64,000 nucleotides of DNA from Minutocellus sp. GHC0000111. Its lineage: Eukaryota. Below are positions 46,054-57,717 of the stretch, piece by piece. Made by a program: the position numbers and the translations under genes. The notes under the pieces are model-generated. The model was not told the DNA's origin. It saw nothing but the letters and a program-made list of their open reading frames with translations, and made no database searches. How positions within the stretch are numbered: position 1 is the first letter of the stretch; each line of letters opens with the position of its first letter. The DNA is taken from positions 496,001 through 560,000 of the forward strand of contig OZ361257.1 in the NCBI GenBank assembly GCA_977018835.1, in the 5' to 3' direction.

Positions 46054-48519
46054 TTAGAGCGCCTTCGTCTTATCATCTAGCGTCAACGCGGCCTCCCAGT
46101 CCCCGAGGCTGGCTTCGGCGCTGGCAGCGGAGTCGAATCTCCGGCTCCTGGCCTGAAGCCGCGTGACGTTGAGCCAACGATGAAAGTCTTCTTCGCCAAT
46201 CTCTACGGTTTTGGAGTTGGAATTGTTGTCGGATCTGTTGGCGACACGTCGGTCGACAAAGTCCTTTTCGGCTTGCGACAGAATGGCACGGGTTAGTGCA
46301 ATATTTTCTGTATTGTTCTCCGAGCCATTGGCGCTGCAGTGCGCAATATATGATCTCACTCTTGCGGCAGTCTCTGCAGGAAGAACATGATCTGAATGGG
46401 CTTCATACTCGGGTGAGCTGAGTTTAAACTGCATGGTACATCCCAAGAGCTTCTCCCCTCTTGTGTTGGCACCCTGTGAGTTCTTACTCGAGCCCTGCGA
46501 AATTACAATGACTCGGTAGTCTCCCTCGAATTGATAGTCCATCATGCCATCGAAACGGTACGGAACGGTGTGGTTCTTTGTCAGGCCGGAAAGAGCAACG
46601 AGGGTTCTGTGTCCATGCTCACCAACTCTGCCCTCGCCGAGCGAACCCTGGTTGATAAGCAGAGCTGCACCCTTTGGGAGTTGCATGAGGGATGGGGCAA
46701 GGCGACCTTCGCTGGTTTTTACTGGCGACGAAATGGACATTCCTCCTGCCGGGGCGGACGGAGAGCCACCTCCAGCCAAGGCACGGAGAGACTGATCGGC
46801 AGAGGCAACCATTGGGATAATCTGCCGAAGGGTCGCATCAAGTCGCGCCTTGAGACTCTGACAAGCGCTTGCGGTAGGGAGAGTGATATTCAAGGAAGCG
46901 CAGCCCAGGGTAGTCCCGTCGGGGGTTGTCATTGGCCGCCCAGGCGATGAGTTTGCGCTCGCTTCTCTCTCAGCCATGGACATGAGCGCCATGAGCAATG
47001 CCTCGCCGGCCTCCCTCTTTCCGGCGAAAAGATGGTGAGCAAGTGCATCAATTGCGAAGGTACGATCGTCGGTATCTCCCGAAGATGTAGGTGTGTCCTC
47101 GGTGGCCATGAGCGTGATTTTGCGGGCCACATTATCCAAGTCAATGCGATTGTAGCACAGCACATGAAGACGTGGCAAGAGACTGGGAGGAGGCAGGGCA
47201 CAGCGATCCATGAGAGAAAGATCATCGAAACCATCGAGCTCGTCGGCAAACATTCCCCTGCATCCACCACTTTTACAGGCATCGTCCTTGGGGTCCTTCT
47301 GCTTCTTTTGCTGACTGCCAAAGTCGGCCTCCATGGGATCAAAGTGCACGACGCCTACCATTTCAACCAGGTCATTGAGTCGAAGCCGATCTCCCTCGGC
47401 ACCATCCTCATCGTAATAAACCTTGGCCAGTACAGGGATTTGACTTTCATCACTTCCCATTGTTCCCGCAGGCCACCAGTCCAAGGCATTGGGAGTAGAT
47501 CCAACACAGTTGGGAGACTTGGCATCGTTCTTGGCTCGATTCCTGGCGGGGCTGGAAGCACCCTCCTCCTCGGCAGTATTGTCGACCGCTGCTTCGATCT
47601 GCATATCGACAGATGATACTGCTGCCTCGTCACCCTCCTCATCGTCCCGGGCACGCTTATTGCTGTTGGCATTGTTTCCCGACTCATTTTCCATCTTATT
47701 ATAATCTCCAGGATTGTTGCCCGAGGATAGCCCCTCTCGGAACCACTCCGAGGTAAAAGGTAAAGGAACCACCACGAGGGGCTGACGTTCGGCCAACTCC
47801 ATATCACCACCCATCATCATCGGGTCAAAGTCAGCACTCCGATCGTCATCACCATTGTACACATAGTCGCGATACTTGGTGTTCCGACCCTGAACCTTGG
47901 TCTGGTAGTATTCGGGGTCCATCTGATCTTGGACAAAGCCAAAGAAGCGAACGATGCTGGAGGATGACGATGACGAGGAGGCGCCGGTACGGAGATATTC
48001 CCGGTCCAGGACGGGGACGGCCTGCATTAAGAACGGAATAATGTACAGCAATGGTTTTTGTGAGGTATCTATCATGGGTAAGAAACCGAAATTGGTGTCC
48101 AATGGAACCACCAGGATCAAACATACAACATGCACGTACTCAATTTGAATAGAAGTGGAGAAGCGCTTCGCACTCATTTCCAGCACATTGTATGCCTTTC
48201 ACCGATGACAATTCACAAACGCCGGCCCAAGGCTCACCTTCTTTCCTTCCTCGGAATCAAACGCCACAGCCCGAAGGTTGGCAAGGTCGGCTCCAGTTAC
48301 CTCCTCAGTACCGTCATTGCCACCGCTCTTTGCACCGGCACTTGTGCCGGTGGTGGCAGTGGCGGATGAAGAGCCATGAATTTTGGAGGCAATGTTGGAG
48401 AGGATCGCCTGGGCGTCCTCGGCGGATACAGCCTTCAACTGGGCACTACCTGAGCCATTGGTGTTGGCCTTGGGGGCACCGTTGCCGCTGCTGCCGCTGT
48501 TGGTTGCTACCGCCGTCAT
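46054..48519 (-). CDS. MCMBP: Mini-chromosome maintenance complex-binding protein
   Basis: Exons 48519-48238 and 48021-46054. Motifs VRFFGFVQDQMDPEYY, LAERQPL, LRLNDLVEMVG, PPPSLLPRLH and DFHRWLNVTRL. Confidence 0.85.
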
Positions 48520-48746
48520 GGTTGAGCCGAGATGTGGTGGGTTGCGGAGAAATGCGAGCCGGCCGGTCCAGCGTGCGACTTTTGTTGGATGAGTGTAGAA
48601 AAGCCCCCCCGAGACATGCATCGAGAAGGCAGAAGATGGCATGCACTCTTTGACTACCTAGGTACTCTACTTAGACCCTCTCGCGATCTTCCATGACTGT
48701 CATAATTTTCCGATCTTCCAATCGACAATCAAAGCAACACTAGAAG

Positions 48747-49310
48747 ATGACCACCTATCGGCTCTACATTGGCATCGTCCTCATACTCGCAGTGGCTGCC
48801 AACAATGTAGCCGCTTCCTTTGTGGGTCTGTGGGAGGGCATCGACATTCTCGACGGCGCCAATATGAAGCGCTCCTTCGTCCTGACAGGTGAAAACAACT
48901 ACACCATCACTGGCAGCATCGAGTTCTCACAGATATGCGGCGGCGAAATAGTGGGCAACATCACCGCGCCGCCTGACATTACAGAGCAGCTCATACCGGC
49001 CGTCCTCAATGGGTTTGGCAGTATTAACGATGAAGGCGACATGGTGGCATCACTGGGCATCACGTGCTTTGGAGAGGAGGGGCCGCGAATTGCAGCCATT
49101 CCAATTGTGTATCAAATGATCGAGGGAAGTATAATGAAGGAAGTGCCCGCGTTTCGAGCTGACGATCCCATTTATTTCTTCCGTATTGGAGGAGGTGATT
49201 ATGATGCATCTCCAACTGCTACATCGGCAGGAATGCCGAGGGCATTCCGTTCAGTCGCTTTGATGTTTACGATGTTGGCAAGTATTGGCTGTTTCTCTTT
49301 CGTCTACTAG
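48747..49310 (+). CDS. Small secreted, possibly GPI/TM-anchored protein
   Basis: Signal peptide, GLWEGIDILDG beta-rich domain, and a hydrophobic C-terminus after ATSAG. Confidence 0.7.
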   Translation: MTTYRLYIGIVLILAVAANNVAASFVGLWEGIDILDGANMKRSFVLTGENNYTITGSIEFSQICGGEIVGNITAPPDITEQLIPAVLNGFGSINDEGDMVASLGITCFGEEGPRIAAIPIVYQMIEGSIMKEVPAFRADDPIYFFRIGGGDYDASPTATSAGMPRAFRSVALMFTMLASIGCFSFVY

Positions 49311-49522
49311 CAAAAGTAATTAGCTAGTGAACGACTTGGAGTGCAGCGTATGGTTCTAATGGAGCAGCAAATAATACCCTCTTGCATAGAGGCGCAAGTT
49401 TTGTCGTCACACTAAAATGAATAAATTCTGTATATCTTACAGTACCACAATAGGAATCCTAGGAGTGTATTGGCTAAGCTGCAGATATTGGCAAAATCGA
49501 TTATGATTCTGACCACACCAAT

Positions 49523-50707
49523 CTAACCACGAGGAGTAGCAAAGCCATACTCGGTGTTATCGAAAGGTTCTGGCAGCGGCTGCTTAGTCAGTGAATTCGC
49601 CTTTTCTTTGATGTCATTGAACATTGGATGGGTGAAGTAGCGCTCTCCGAAGCTCGGGATGATTGCTACAGCCAATTTCCCGGCCGATTCAGGTCTAGCG
49701 CATACCTGGACTGCAGCGTTGACAATGGCACCGGCGCTGACGCCCACGGGCAGACCATTCATCCAAAGTTCAGAACTCATATTTTCAGCATCGTCAGAGA
49801 GGACCGGCACCACTTCGTCAATTACATCAAGGTCAAGGACCTTGGGGACAAGTCCCGCTCCCATTCCCTGAATGCGATGCGGACCCTGGTTGTCTCCTCG
49901 GACGCCTCCCTTGGCCTCAGTAACAAGCATCTGCTCGCGTGGCTCGACAGCGACAACTTGAAGCTCTGGTTTGAGAGGAGGCATGCCATACTTCTCACTC
50001 CCCTTGATGAACTGGCTGACACCGCTAACGGTACCCCCAGTGCCTACGCCAGACACAAAGATATCGATCTCGCCGTCAGTGTCGCGCCAGATTTCAGGCC
50101 CGGTAGTCTCTCGATGAATCTTGGGATTGGCTTCGTTTTCGAACTGCTGCAGCATGAATCCATTTCCATCCAATCCCTCGATGATCTCCTTGGCCTTGGC
50201 CAGAGCACCAGGCACGGCAGTCTCCTTGGGCGTGAGGACCACTTCACATCCAAGGGAGAGCAGCATCATGCGTCGCTCCACGCTCATTGTCTCGGGCATG
50301 GTCAGGATGCACCTGTAGCCACGCTCACGGGCAATGAATGCCAGAGCGATTCCGGTGTTGCCCGAAGTAGGCTCGACAAGCACGGTCTTGCCGGGGGTGA
50401 TTAGTCCCTTGGCTTCTGCATCGTCAATCATCGATCGGCCCAATCGATCTTTCACTGACGAACACGGGCCGAGAGATTCCAGTTTGCCAACAAGACGAGT
50501 TCCGTTCGACACATCGACTCCATGATTTAAGAGGATTTTGTTCAAATCAATGAGAGGGGTGTTGCCCACCAAATCGGATGGGCGGCTGGCGATGTTGAGG
50601 GATCTTGTCGCGAAGATGGCTGGAGCCGCAGTCTTGTTGACCTGACGAGCGATGGTTGGGGCCACCAGGCGGTTGCCGAGGATACGGGAAGCGGATCGGA
50701 GGCTCAT
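49523..50707 (-). CDS. cysK: Cysteine synthase (O-acetylserine thiol-lyase), probably mitochondrial
   Basis: VGNTPL, PLP lysine in SSVKDR, EPTSGNTG, GVGTGGT, HRIQGMGAG and PSFGERY. Arg/Ser-rich presequence from ATG 50707. Confidence 0.93.
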   Translation of the reverse strand: MSLRSASRILGNRLVAPTIARQVNKTAAPAIFATRSLNIASRPSDLVGNTPLIDLNKILLNHGVDVSNGTRLVGKLESLGPCSSVKDRLGRSMIDDAEAKGLITPGKTVLVEPTSGNTGIALAFIARERGYRCILTMPETMSVERRMMLLSLGCEVVLTPKETAVPGALAKAKEIIEGLDGNGFMLQQFENEANPKIHRETTGPEIWRDTDGEIDIFVSGVGTGGTVSGVSQFIKGSEKYGMPPLKPELQVVAVEPREQMLVTEAKGGVRGDNQGPHRIQGMGAGLVPKVLDLDVIDEVVPVLSDDAENMSSELWMNGLPVGVSAGAIVNAAVQVCARPESAGKLAVAIIPSFGERYFTHPMFNDIKEKANSLTKQPLPEPFDNTEYGFATPRG

Positions 50708-50922
50708 GTTGGATGGAACGGCGCTTCTGGTTTTTGAGGAAAAGATACAATGTATCCGAGGATGCTCATCTCCGGGTCCTCTTTGACGCTGAACGAACTG
50801 GTTATGAGCTGGGTGCAAACCGAGACGACAAGATGTGTTGAGATACCAATTGGTACATGTACGCTCCTTTCGTTTGCTATGTAAACCACTCCATCTCCCC
50901 GCAAAGAGAAGAATACACAGAC

Positions 50923-51285
50923 ATGATTAGATCACTTATCTCCGTGGCCAGAACGGCCATTGACAGGACGGCGCTGATGTCGTCTTCTCAAATTTTCCGC
51001 CCGACGCCGCAACTGTCCCTCGCCGGTGTCGGTGGTGTGGACATCGATCCCTCTGCCCTGGCACCGCCGTCGTCCAGCAGCAGCGGTGGCGGGGCTAGCT
51101 TATTCGATGCACTTTGGTTGGCGGTGCCCAAATCTCGCAAGACCAAGGGAAAGAAGCGAATGAAGACGACCAATCAAAAACGCATAGCAAAGAAGGCCAA
51201 CATCATCACTGACGCCCGAACCGGCGAAACGACCCTAATGCACAAATTGCCATTCAACTGGAAGGAATATCTGCCAAATGTTTAA
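50923..51285 (+). CDS. MRPL32: Mitochondrial ribosomal protein bL32m
   Basis: Presequence followed by LAVPKSRKTKGKKRMK...TGETTLMHKL. Confidence 0.8.
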   Translation: MIRSLISVARTAIDRTALMSSSQIFRPTPQLSLAGVGGVDIDPSALAPPSSSSSGGGASLFDALWLAVPKSRKTKGKKRMKTTNQKRIAKKANIITDARTGETTLMHKLPFNWKEYLPNV

Positions 51286-51534
51286 GAGGTTCTGATTGGG
51301 TCGGTATAGTGCGGAAGGTGGATGTTTGGAGATGGCTTTATTTTGGAGATGGGACGGGCAGGGCGGTCTAAAATCTCGACAATATGAATGTTGGATGTGT
51401 GTCCCGCCTGCCCTTCGCTTGACTCACCCTGGAGGCTACCCTGTACACGTCCGATGTGGTGATTGAAAGTCTGACTTGTATTATAGAAAATTATTTTTGC
51501 TTGCTACACCCTTAGAGCTATTCTTTTGATGTTG

Positions 51535-52240
51535 TCACGCACCTAGCTGGGCTTTCGACCACGGAGGAGATCGAGACGGTTCTTTACATTCCCTTGATGC
51601 CCGCACCTCTCTCAATATCTCCTCTACAGTTTGCGACCCGTTCCTTGTTTTGTTCAATCGCTTCTTGCCTTTGAAGGAGGGTCTATACGAAGATATCATA
51701 CCAACAATTTTGTCGGCGTTGGCAATTTGCAGGCGAAGGAGAATAGTTGCAGTCTCCTTCCGCTCTTGATCTGTCATATTGGATAAGAGCTTCCGCTTCA
51801 GCTCCATTTCGTATTGGTTCATCTTTTCCATCTCTGCCAGGATGATCTCCCTTGATTGCAATTTGTCCTTTTCGCTCCCAGCCATCACTGCAGATGCCAG
51901 TTCACCCACTCTCGACGAAGATCCGATCGACACAGCATCGTCTCCCAACCCCAGTCGTTTCCGACTGCTGCGTTGATCGGATCTCTCCTTTCTCTTGAGT
52001 TCCTAGGAGATGGGCCAAAGAAGGGGGGATACTGGCAACCTTTGCATCGAGATCTGCAATATCTTGCTTGTATCGGTCGTTCACTTGTCCCAAATTTACA
52101 ATGAATCGATCTCTCGCTGTGTTAGAGGATAATAGCGTTTCAGCTAGCTCCCCCAAGGCCTCGTCAGCTATGGACCGAATGGTACTCTCGGAAGCAAGAT
52201 GCGTTTTGTTAAAGTCTCTGATTACTTGTACGCTATCCAT
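51535..52240 (-). CDS. Hypothetical helical protein split by a +1 frameshift
   Basis: ORFs 52240-51902 and 51948-51535 join if one base is removed from the C4 run at 51949-51952. Confidence 0.5.
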
Positions 52241-52258
52241 TGCATTGCTGTTGTTGCA

Positions 52259-52368
52259 GTGGGATTATGCTAGAATTAGCTGCTGTACAGCTGTGCGCCG
52301 CGTCTACAGCTGTGTGGGGTTATGCTAGAATTAGCTGCTATACAGCTGCGCGCCGCGTCTACAGCTGT
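52259..52368. repeat. 55-bp tandem duplication with internal TACAGCTG/CAGCTGT palindromes
   Basis: Two near-identical units start at 52259 and 52314. Confidence 0.85.
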
Positions 52369-52399
52369 AGGGCCTCGACCTGACTTGATTGATTTTTTG

Positions 52400-54115
52400 T
52401 TAATGCCATTCTTGAGTGTCCCAACTCGCCTCCTCCTCGTTTTCCTCACTGTCAGCACCACTACCGGCAACAAACTCCTCGGTCTTGAGCCCGACAAATA
52501 GTTCCAAATCCAATGCTTGCTTGGCACACACTACATCATTATTGATGGCAGCGATAAGATCTGGGAAGGAGGGGAATTTTCGTTCCGGGCGAAGGAATCC
52601 CCCGAGTAGCAATCTCATTTTTTGACCATAGAAATCAGTCAACTCACTTTCCGGCATCAAGTGTGCTTCGATAATCTTTTCTCCATTCTCTTTGCCCTCA
52701 AAGGTTGGGGAATAACCAACGTTGACGACGGCCTTATGGGGAATATCATACCCTGCGCCACCGCCACTGCCGTCCTGAGGACTCTCAATCACTGCCCAGC
52801 CAAAATAAACACCCGTTCTCACATCTGCTAGAGCTTCGGCGAACAAAGAAGACGGTAAATTAGCAGTCGGGAAGCCCAGCTTCTTACCCCCACGTCCATA
52901 ACCAGTGGCCACTGTTCCCCGAAATTTTAGTATCTCGGAAAGTGCCTTATGAGGCGTCTTTACGGCGCATGCAAAGTAGCCGCCGTCTTGCTCTTCGCCA
53001 GCACCGATATTTTCGACGAATTCAATCGGATTCAGCGCTTGCTTAAAACACAAGTCATCAAAGGCATCCTTCGTTGGTGGCAATACGTTAGGGACCGTGT
53101 CTGGACTCTCTTCATGGAGCTTCTCAACGAACCCAGCCCCAAGCGGGTGCGTAACGCAAGCTACTCCACTGGGCTTGAGACTTTGTGCGCATGCGGCAAG
53201 GAGGGCGTCCTGGTCATAAAAGTTTCCATAGCATGCATTGACCACCACGGCATCGTACATGGACCGATACTTGTTGGTATCGTCATTCTCATAGCCAACC
53301 CCATCGTTCAACTCGTAGTAATCAGTCCCCAATAGCAGTTCTACAAAGTCCCCAGTCACCACATCAAAGGTATGCCTTGGGGCAGCGCCAGAAGCTTCTG
53401 CTTCACCACTCTCCTCCTCTTCCTTTTCCACAGCCATCAAATCATCTGCGTTGGATTTGGCCAAAGCCGTCATCTTGGGACTCAGGTCGATCCCCGTCAC
53501 CTTGAGACGAATATCCATGGCATCTGCCGCCTCCACATAGTAAGGAAAGAGTGCTCCAACTCCACAACCAATATCTAAAATGTGATACTCGCTAGTGCTG
53601 GTCTTGTCAGCACCACCATTGTCTTTTTCATCGCCGTCTTCAACTGAATCCTGACATTCCAGCATACGAGCCAGCGATCTTCCTACCAGACTCTGCAATA
53701 TAGGCCGAACATCGTCGGGTGTGGCCTCCTCAGAATCGAAAAAGTCGGCAAGAGAATCAAAGGTATCGCGCTGATGAGCGAGGTGATCAGAGAGAGAATC
53801 AATGTTGATTGGTTAGCCGTCGGGTGATGCTGGAGTGGATGAGCTGCTGCTTTCAGCCGCCTTTTTCTTTTGCAATTCGACCAACTTCATGCTCTCATCA
53901 CTTTGAGCGCTGGCATGAAGGGCTGTTGTCGAGGACAGTGAATGTGGTGCTTTGCGAATGATGGCAGCAGCGGCGGCAGCTGAGGTAGTGATAGCTCGTG
54001 GAGAATGAACAGCACGATGGGGGGCAAATGCGAGAGCGAATGGTGTGTTGGGTTGATTCATGGTGATGGCTGCAGCGACGAAAGCCCGCCATGATATCAT
54101 GTGATTAGTCAACAT
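52400..54115 (-). CDS. Plastid-targeted SAM-methyltransferase + riboflavin kinase fusion, with one in-frame TAA
   Basis: ALAFAP presequence; class I MTase ILDIGCGVG...GIDLSPKM; riboflavin kinase GYGRGGKKLGFPTANL, GVYFGWA, NVGYSPTF, EAHL and FLRPERKF. TAA at 53813-53815 splits PDG*PINIDSL in a continuous frame. Confidence 0.85.
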
Positions 54116-54557
54116 TATGTTGGCTCGCTTATTTTGGACGTGCGTGATATGATGGAGCGGGAAGCAGGTTCGGTTTGACTCCTGGCGGTACGGCGTATCT
54201 TTGGTTCTTCAAATCCAGCACATGATGATATGTCATGTGATCATGAGGCTCGTACGTATGACGGCCAGACATATATTTCTCGTGTGGGTCGAACAAGTCA
54301 AATCAACAAACGTCATTGAACTCGAAGTAGCACAAGGGCTGCCAAAGGCAAGGGAGGGGGGTTCAAGGTTCTTAGAGGGCTGAGCCAAAAATTAGGGTTG
54401 TTTTACAAAATTTTCAACTTCGTTCAAGAGGTCTGTGGAAATTGTAAAAAGATGATCTGATTCGATTTTTATTAAATAAATCGCAAATCAAAAGAGATTA
54501 TTTTATGTTGATCAAACATTTTCCGTGGGATCTATATTTACAAGTTCAAGAAACCTA

Positions 54558-54565
54558 CACGTGCC
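54558..54565 (+). promoter_or_regulatory. CACGTGCC, candidate iron-starvation-responsive element
   Basis: About 150 bp upstream of the FEA1-like ATG. A CACGTG(C/T)C motif has been reported in diatom low-iron-induced promoters. Confidence 0.45.
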
Positions 54566-54715
54566 GGTCTCATGGATGGATTGTGGCGGGAAAGGTGCTG
54601 CTGCCGGACCTTGGATATCCACCAGCTTTGACGAATCTTCGCTCACTCGTCGTCCACTCTTACGCACGTAGTTGCCACAACTCAACAAAAACAACCACCC
54701 GCAAAGCAAGCAACC

Positions 54716-56728
54716 ATGGCCATCGTCAAGTCCATCGCCGTCGCCTTCCTCGCCGCTCAGGCCGCCAGCGCCGCCACTCTTCGCGCTCAGCACCGCCAGC
54801 TCTCCTTTGTCGAAATTGCCGGCTACGAGCCCAACTCGCAGGTTACCGATCACGTGAGTTTTTATTTGCAACATAGCAACAGACGTCGAAGTCAACATAT
54901 CGATACGAATTCGGCCAATGATATGTCCGGTGTTGAGATGGCAAGCACATGCAACATGCGCTTAGTTTTCTCAAAAACAATTTCATTGGCACTGTTTTAG
55001 ACCCATCAATTGAACCAGTGCAATTGCAATTGCGATCGATCTCATTTCATTTCAATCACACACACATATAATCTCACGCTTTCGCCCACCATCCCACATA
55101 TGCATACGTTCCTCAGGCCGCTATTGACCTTGATCAAGCTGCCATGGAATCGCAGCTTGCCCTCCGTACCGAGGAGTCTTTCGATGTTGCCAAGATGATC
55201 TACCAGGATGGTGGCAACTCCAAGTCGTATGCCCAGATTGTCCTCCAGACCCCACTCGCCGGATCCATCGGCAAGGGTGCCAAGATCCATGGCAAGAACG
55301 ACGAAGGCAAGACCATCACCGCCAAGGCTCTTGATGACTACAGCAGCGGCGCCACCCAGATCCGCGCTCAGTACGATACCACCGATGATCAGGATCAGTA
55401 CGTTCAGTGCCAGGTTGGTGCTCTTCCCGAGGCCAAGTCCAACCTCGAGAACACCGTCGGCTGCTTCACCAACAGCAGCAACCTCAAGATTGACGGAACC
55501 GAGTACCCCTACAGCTACAATCCGCTCGTCGATAACAACAACGAGCGTACCATTGCCGGCTTCTCCACTGGTGCCATGAAGAAGATGTACAGCGACTGCC
55601 CTGGATGCCCCTACGTTGATTACGAGTACTACTACAACTACTACGGCGCTTTCGACTACGCCAACCAGTGGGTCCTTTCTGCCATGGACGGATCTCGCAC
55701 CAACTTCAACAACGGCAACGCCGATTTCTCCAAGTTCTCTCTCATTGGACGTGAGGAGGCCGCCAAGAAGGGTACCGCCTACATGAGCATCTTCATGTAT
55801 GTCATCCGCGAATTTGAGGATGCCCTTGATGACTGCAAGGAGAACTGCATCAACTGCAACGACGACCCCGTTCATGGTAAGCTGTGATATGCACTCGCTA
55901 TTGTGCGCTCTCAACCAAGTCTTTTTTGCATCACCTTCTTCTTGCGCATCAACTAACAACATTTTTTTGCATATATCTTGATATTTTGCAGCCTGGGACG
56001 AGGGTGTTGCCTTCTACACTGGATCCATGGAGGGCTCTGATGGAAGCGGCGATGGAAAGCTCCTTCATGGACTTGCTGACAAGCGATGCAGCGATTTCTC
56101 TAATTGCGGCACCCGCGGCGACTCTCGGACTGGAACTGCCAAGGTCAACTATGACCTTTTCGATCTGTTTGCTCTTGGACAGCACCAGCTTCTCGTCGGC
56201 AACTGTGCCGCTGCCCGTACCACCAAGGAGAAGATTGTTGACATTATGTACATTCCTCTCATTCAGGGCACCATCCGTTACGCATACAAGGTCGACAAGC
56301 TTCAGGGAGCTGAGAAGGAGAAGGCCGAGGGTGCCGTTTTCGCTGCTGCCATCCTTCCCCGCATCCATGCCGCCAACCCCAATGCCGCTGAGAAGATTTA
56401 CAACAGCATGAAGGTCGGAGCCTCCTCCACCAGCTTCAACGCCGTCAAGTCCGCCTTCGAGTCTACTTACAGAAACTTGGGAATCACCTGTAAGCAGGTC
56501 GGTGGTCTTTGGAACGATGCCACTGGCTCCTACTATGAGGGGGCTTCTCCTTGTAAGGATGCTTCGACCAAGGCGAACAAGGGCACCGCCGGAATTATCG
56601 TTGGATCCGTCTTTGCTGGCATTGCTGTTATTGCTGTCGGTGCCGTTTTTTTCATGCGCCGAAGGGAGATCCAGGGCAAGCCTGTATTTGAGACGACGCA
56701 AGTTGACGAGAGTGCCGACATGAACTAA
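54716..56728 (+). CDS. FEA1-like (low-iron-inducible periplasmic domain) cell-surface protein with C-terminal TM
   Basis: Exons 54716-54853, 55117-55876 and 55992-56728. Motifs IAGYEPNSQVTDHAAIDLDQ, HAWDEGVAFYTGS, LADKRC and IPLIQGTIRYAY. Signal peptide, C-terminal TM helix, strong C-ending codon bias. Confidence 0.8.
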
Positions 56729-56872
56729 GACAAATGTTTGCCGCTTGTTACAAAGAAAATTTGCTTGTTTCGAATAGATAATATATGATACAATAGGGCT
56801 AACATTTTGAGCTATCAAATTAATCACATTTCGTATAATGCTACGTCGAGTGCGGCGACTTTGATGGCCGAT

Positions 56873-57403
56873 CTACTTCTCCTCATTGGTAGGACGTCCG
56901 GCGCAGGATACCAAGTTGATACAGTATCTGTTGCCCTTCTTATCGGGAAGATTGTGTCCCAAATGCGTGCCATCGACACTCACGGCCTCTCCACCCTTGA
57001 GGATGCGAACGTTTGTCCAGTCAACGTCCTCATCGCGGAAGCTGGGCCATCCATGCGCCATGAATTCATCAAAGGAACGCTTGTCTCCACGGAAACGGAA
57101 AAGAGGCTTTCCGGTATTGGAATCTCTGAACACGACCTCGTTGTTGGCCTCGAATTCCTTTCTAGCCGACGCTACAAATCCACGCTGCTTTGATAGGAAA
57201 TATCCGCTGTGCTCGGCGTAGTGACGGTTGTAGTTGCAAATGCGATCGGCCGTATCCTTGTCGCACCCCCACCGCAGATTGTCCTGGACAGGAACGGCAG
57301 ACGTGCCGTGCGCCTTCTTGCTCATAATCTTTTCGTCTCCCATGACGACCGGGGCACCGTACTCTGATCGATGGTGGAAGATGCTATTGAGAGAGATGGT
57401 CAT
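56873..57403 (-). CDS. msrB: MsrB/SelR-like methionine-R-sulfoxide reductase
   Basis: TGKPLF, HGWPSF, GTHLGH and GNRYCINL. ATG at 57403. Confidence 0.8.
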   Translation of the reverse strand: MTISLNSIFHHRSEYGAPVVMGDEKIMSKKAHGTSAVPVQDNLRWGCDKDTADRICNYNRHYAEHSGYFLSKQRGFVASARKEFEANNEVVFRDSNTGKPLFRFRGDKRSFDEFMAHGWPSFRDEDVDWTNVRILKGGEAVSVDGTHLGHNLPDKKGNRYCINLVSCAGRPTNEEK

Positions 57404-57717
57404 TTTTGTATGTTTTTGTTGTGTGCTGTTGTTTGTTAGAATTGCTTTTGCTTTGTTCGATTGTTCGATTTGTGAGCTTTGTAATCGAGGGAAATGAATA
57501 TCAGCGGATGGATTCGACGGTGGCCCGTGCAACTTTCGAACTCGCGACGACGAAGATTGCGCGGGCCGTTTACGCCCTGACTTAGAGACTTATTCGACTG
57601 ATGATGTGAAATGTTCGTCTGTCCGTCAACCCATTGCCTTTGTTCTTCACCACATCCTTCGCTTCGCCGGCCGTATCCAAAAGCAATTGCCAAAAGCCAA
57701 CGCAACCGTACCAAACC

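Noticed and set aside
52259..52368. CRISPR-like array
   Set aside because: Only two contiguous units, no spacers, no cas genes, eukaryotic context.
33276..53815. Stop-codon reassignment (TAR=Gln or TGA=sense) as the cause of the in-frame stops
   Set aside because: Conserved C-termini end at all three stops (centrin TAG, bL32m TAA, LTN1 TGA). Internal stops are rare and co-occur with frameshifts.
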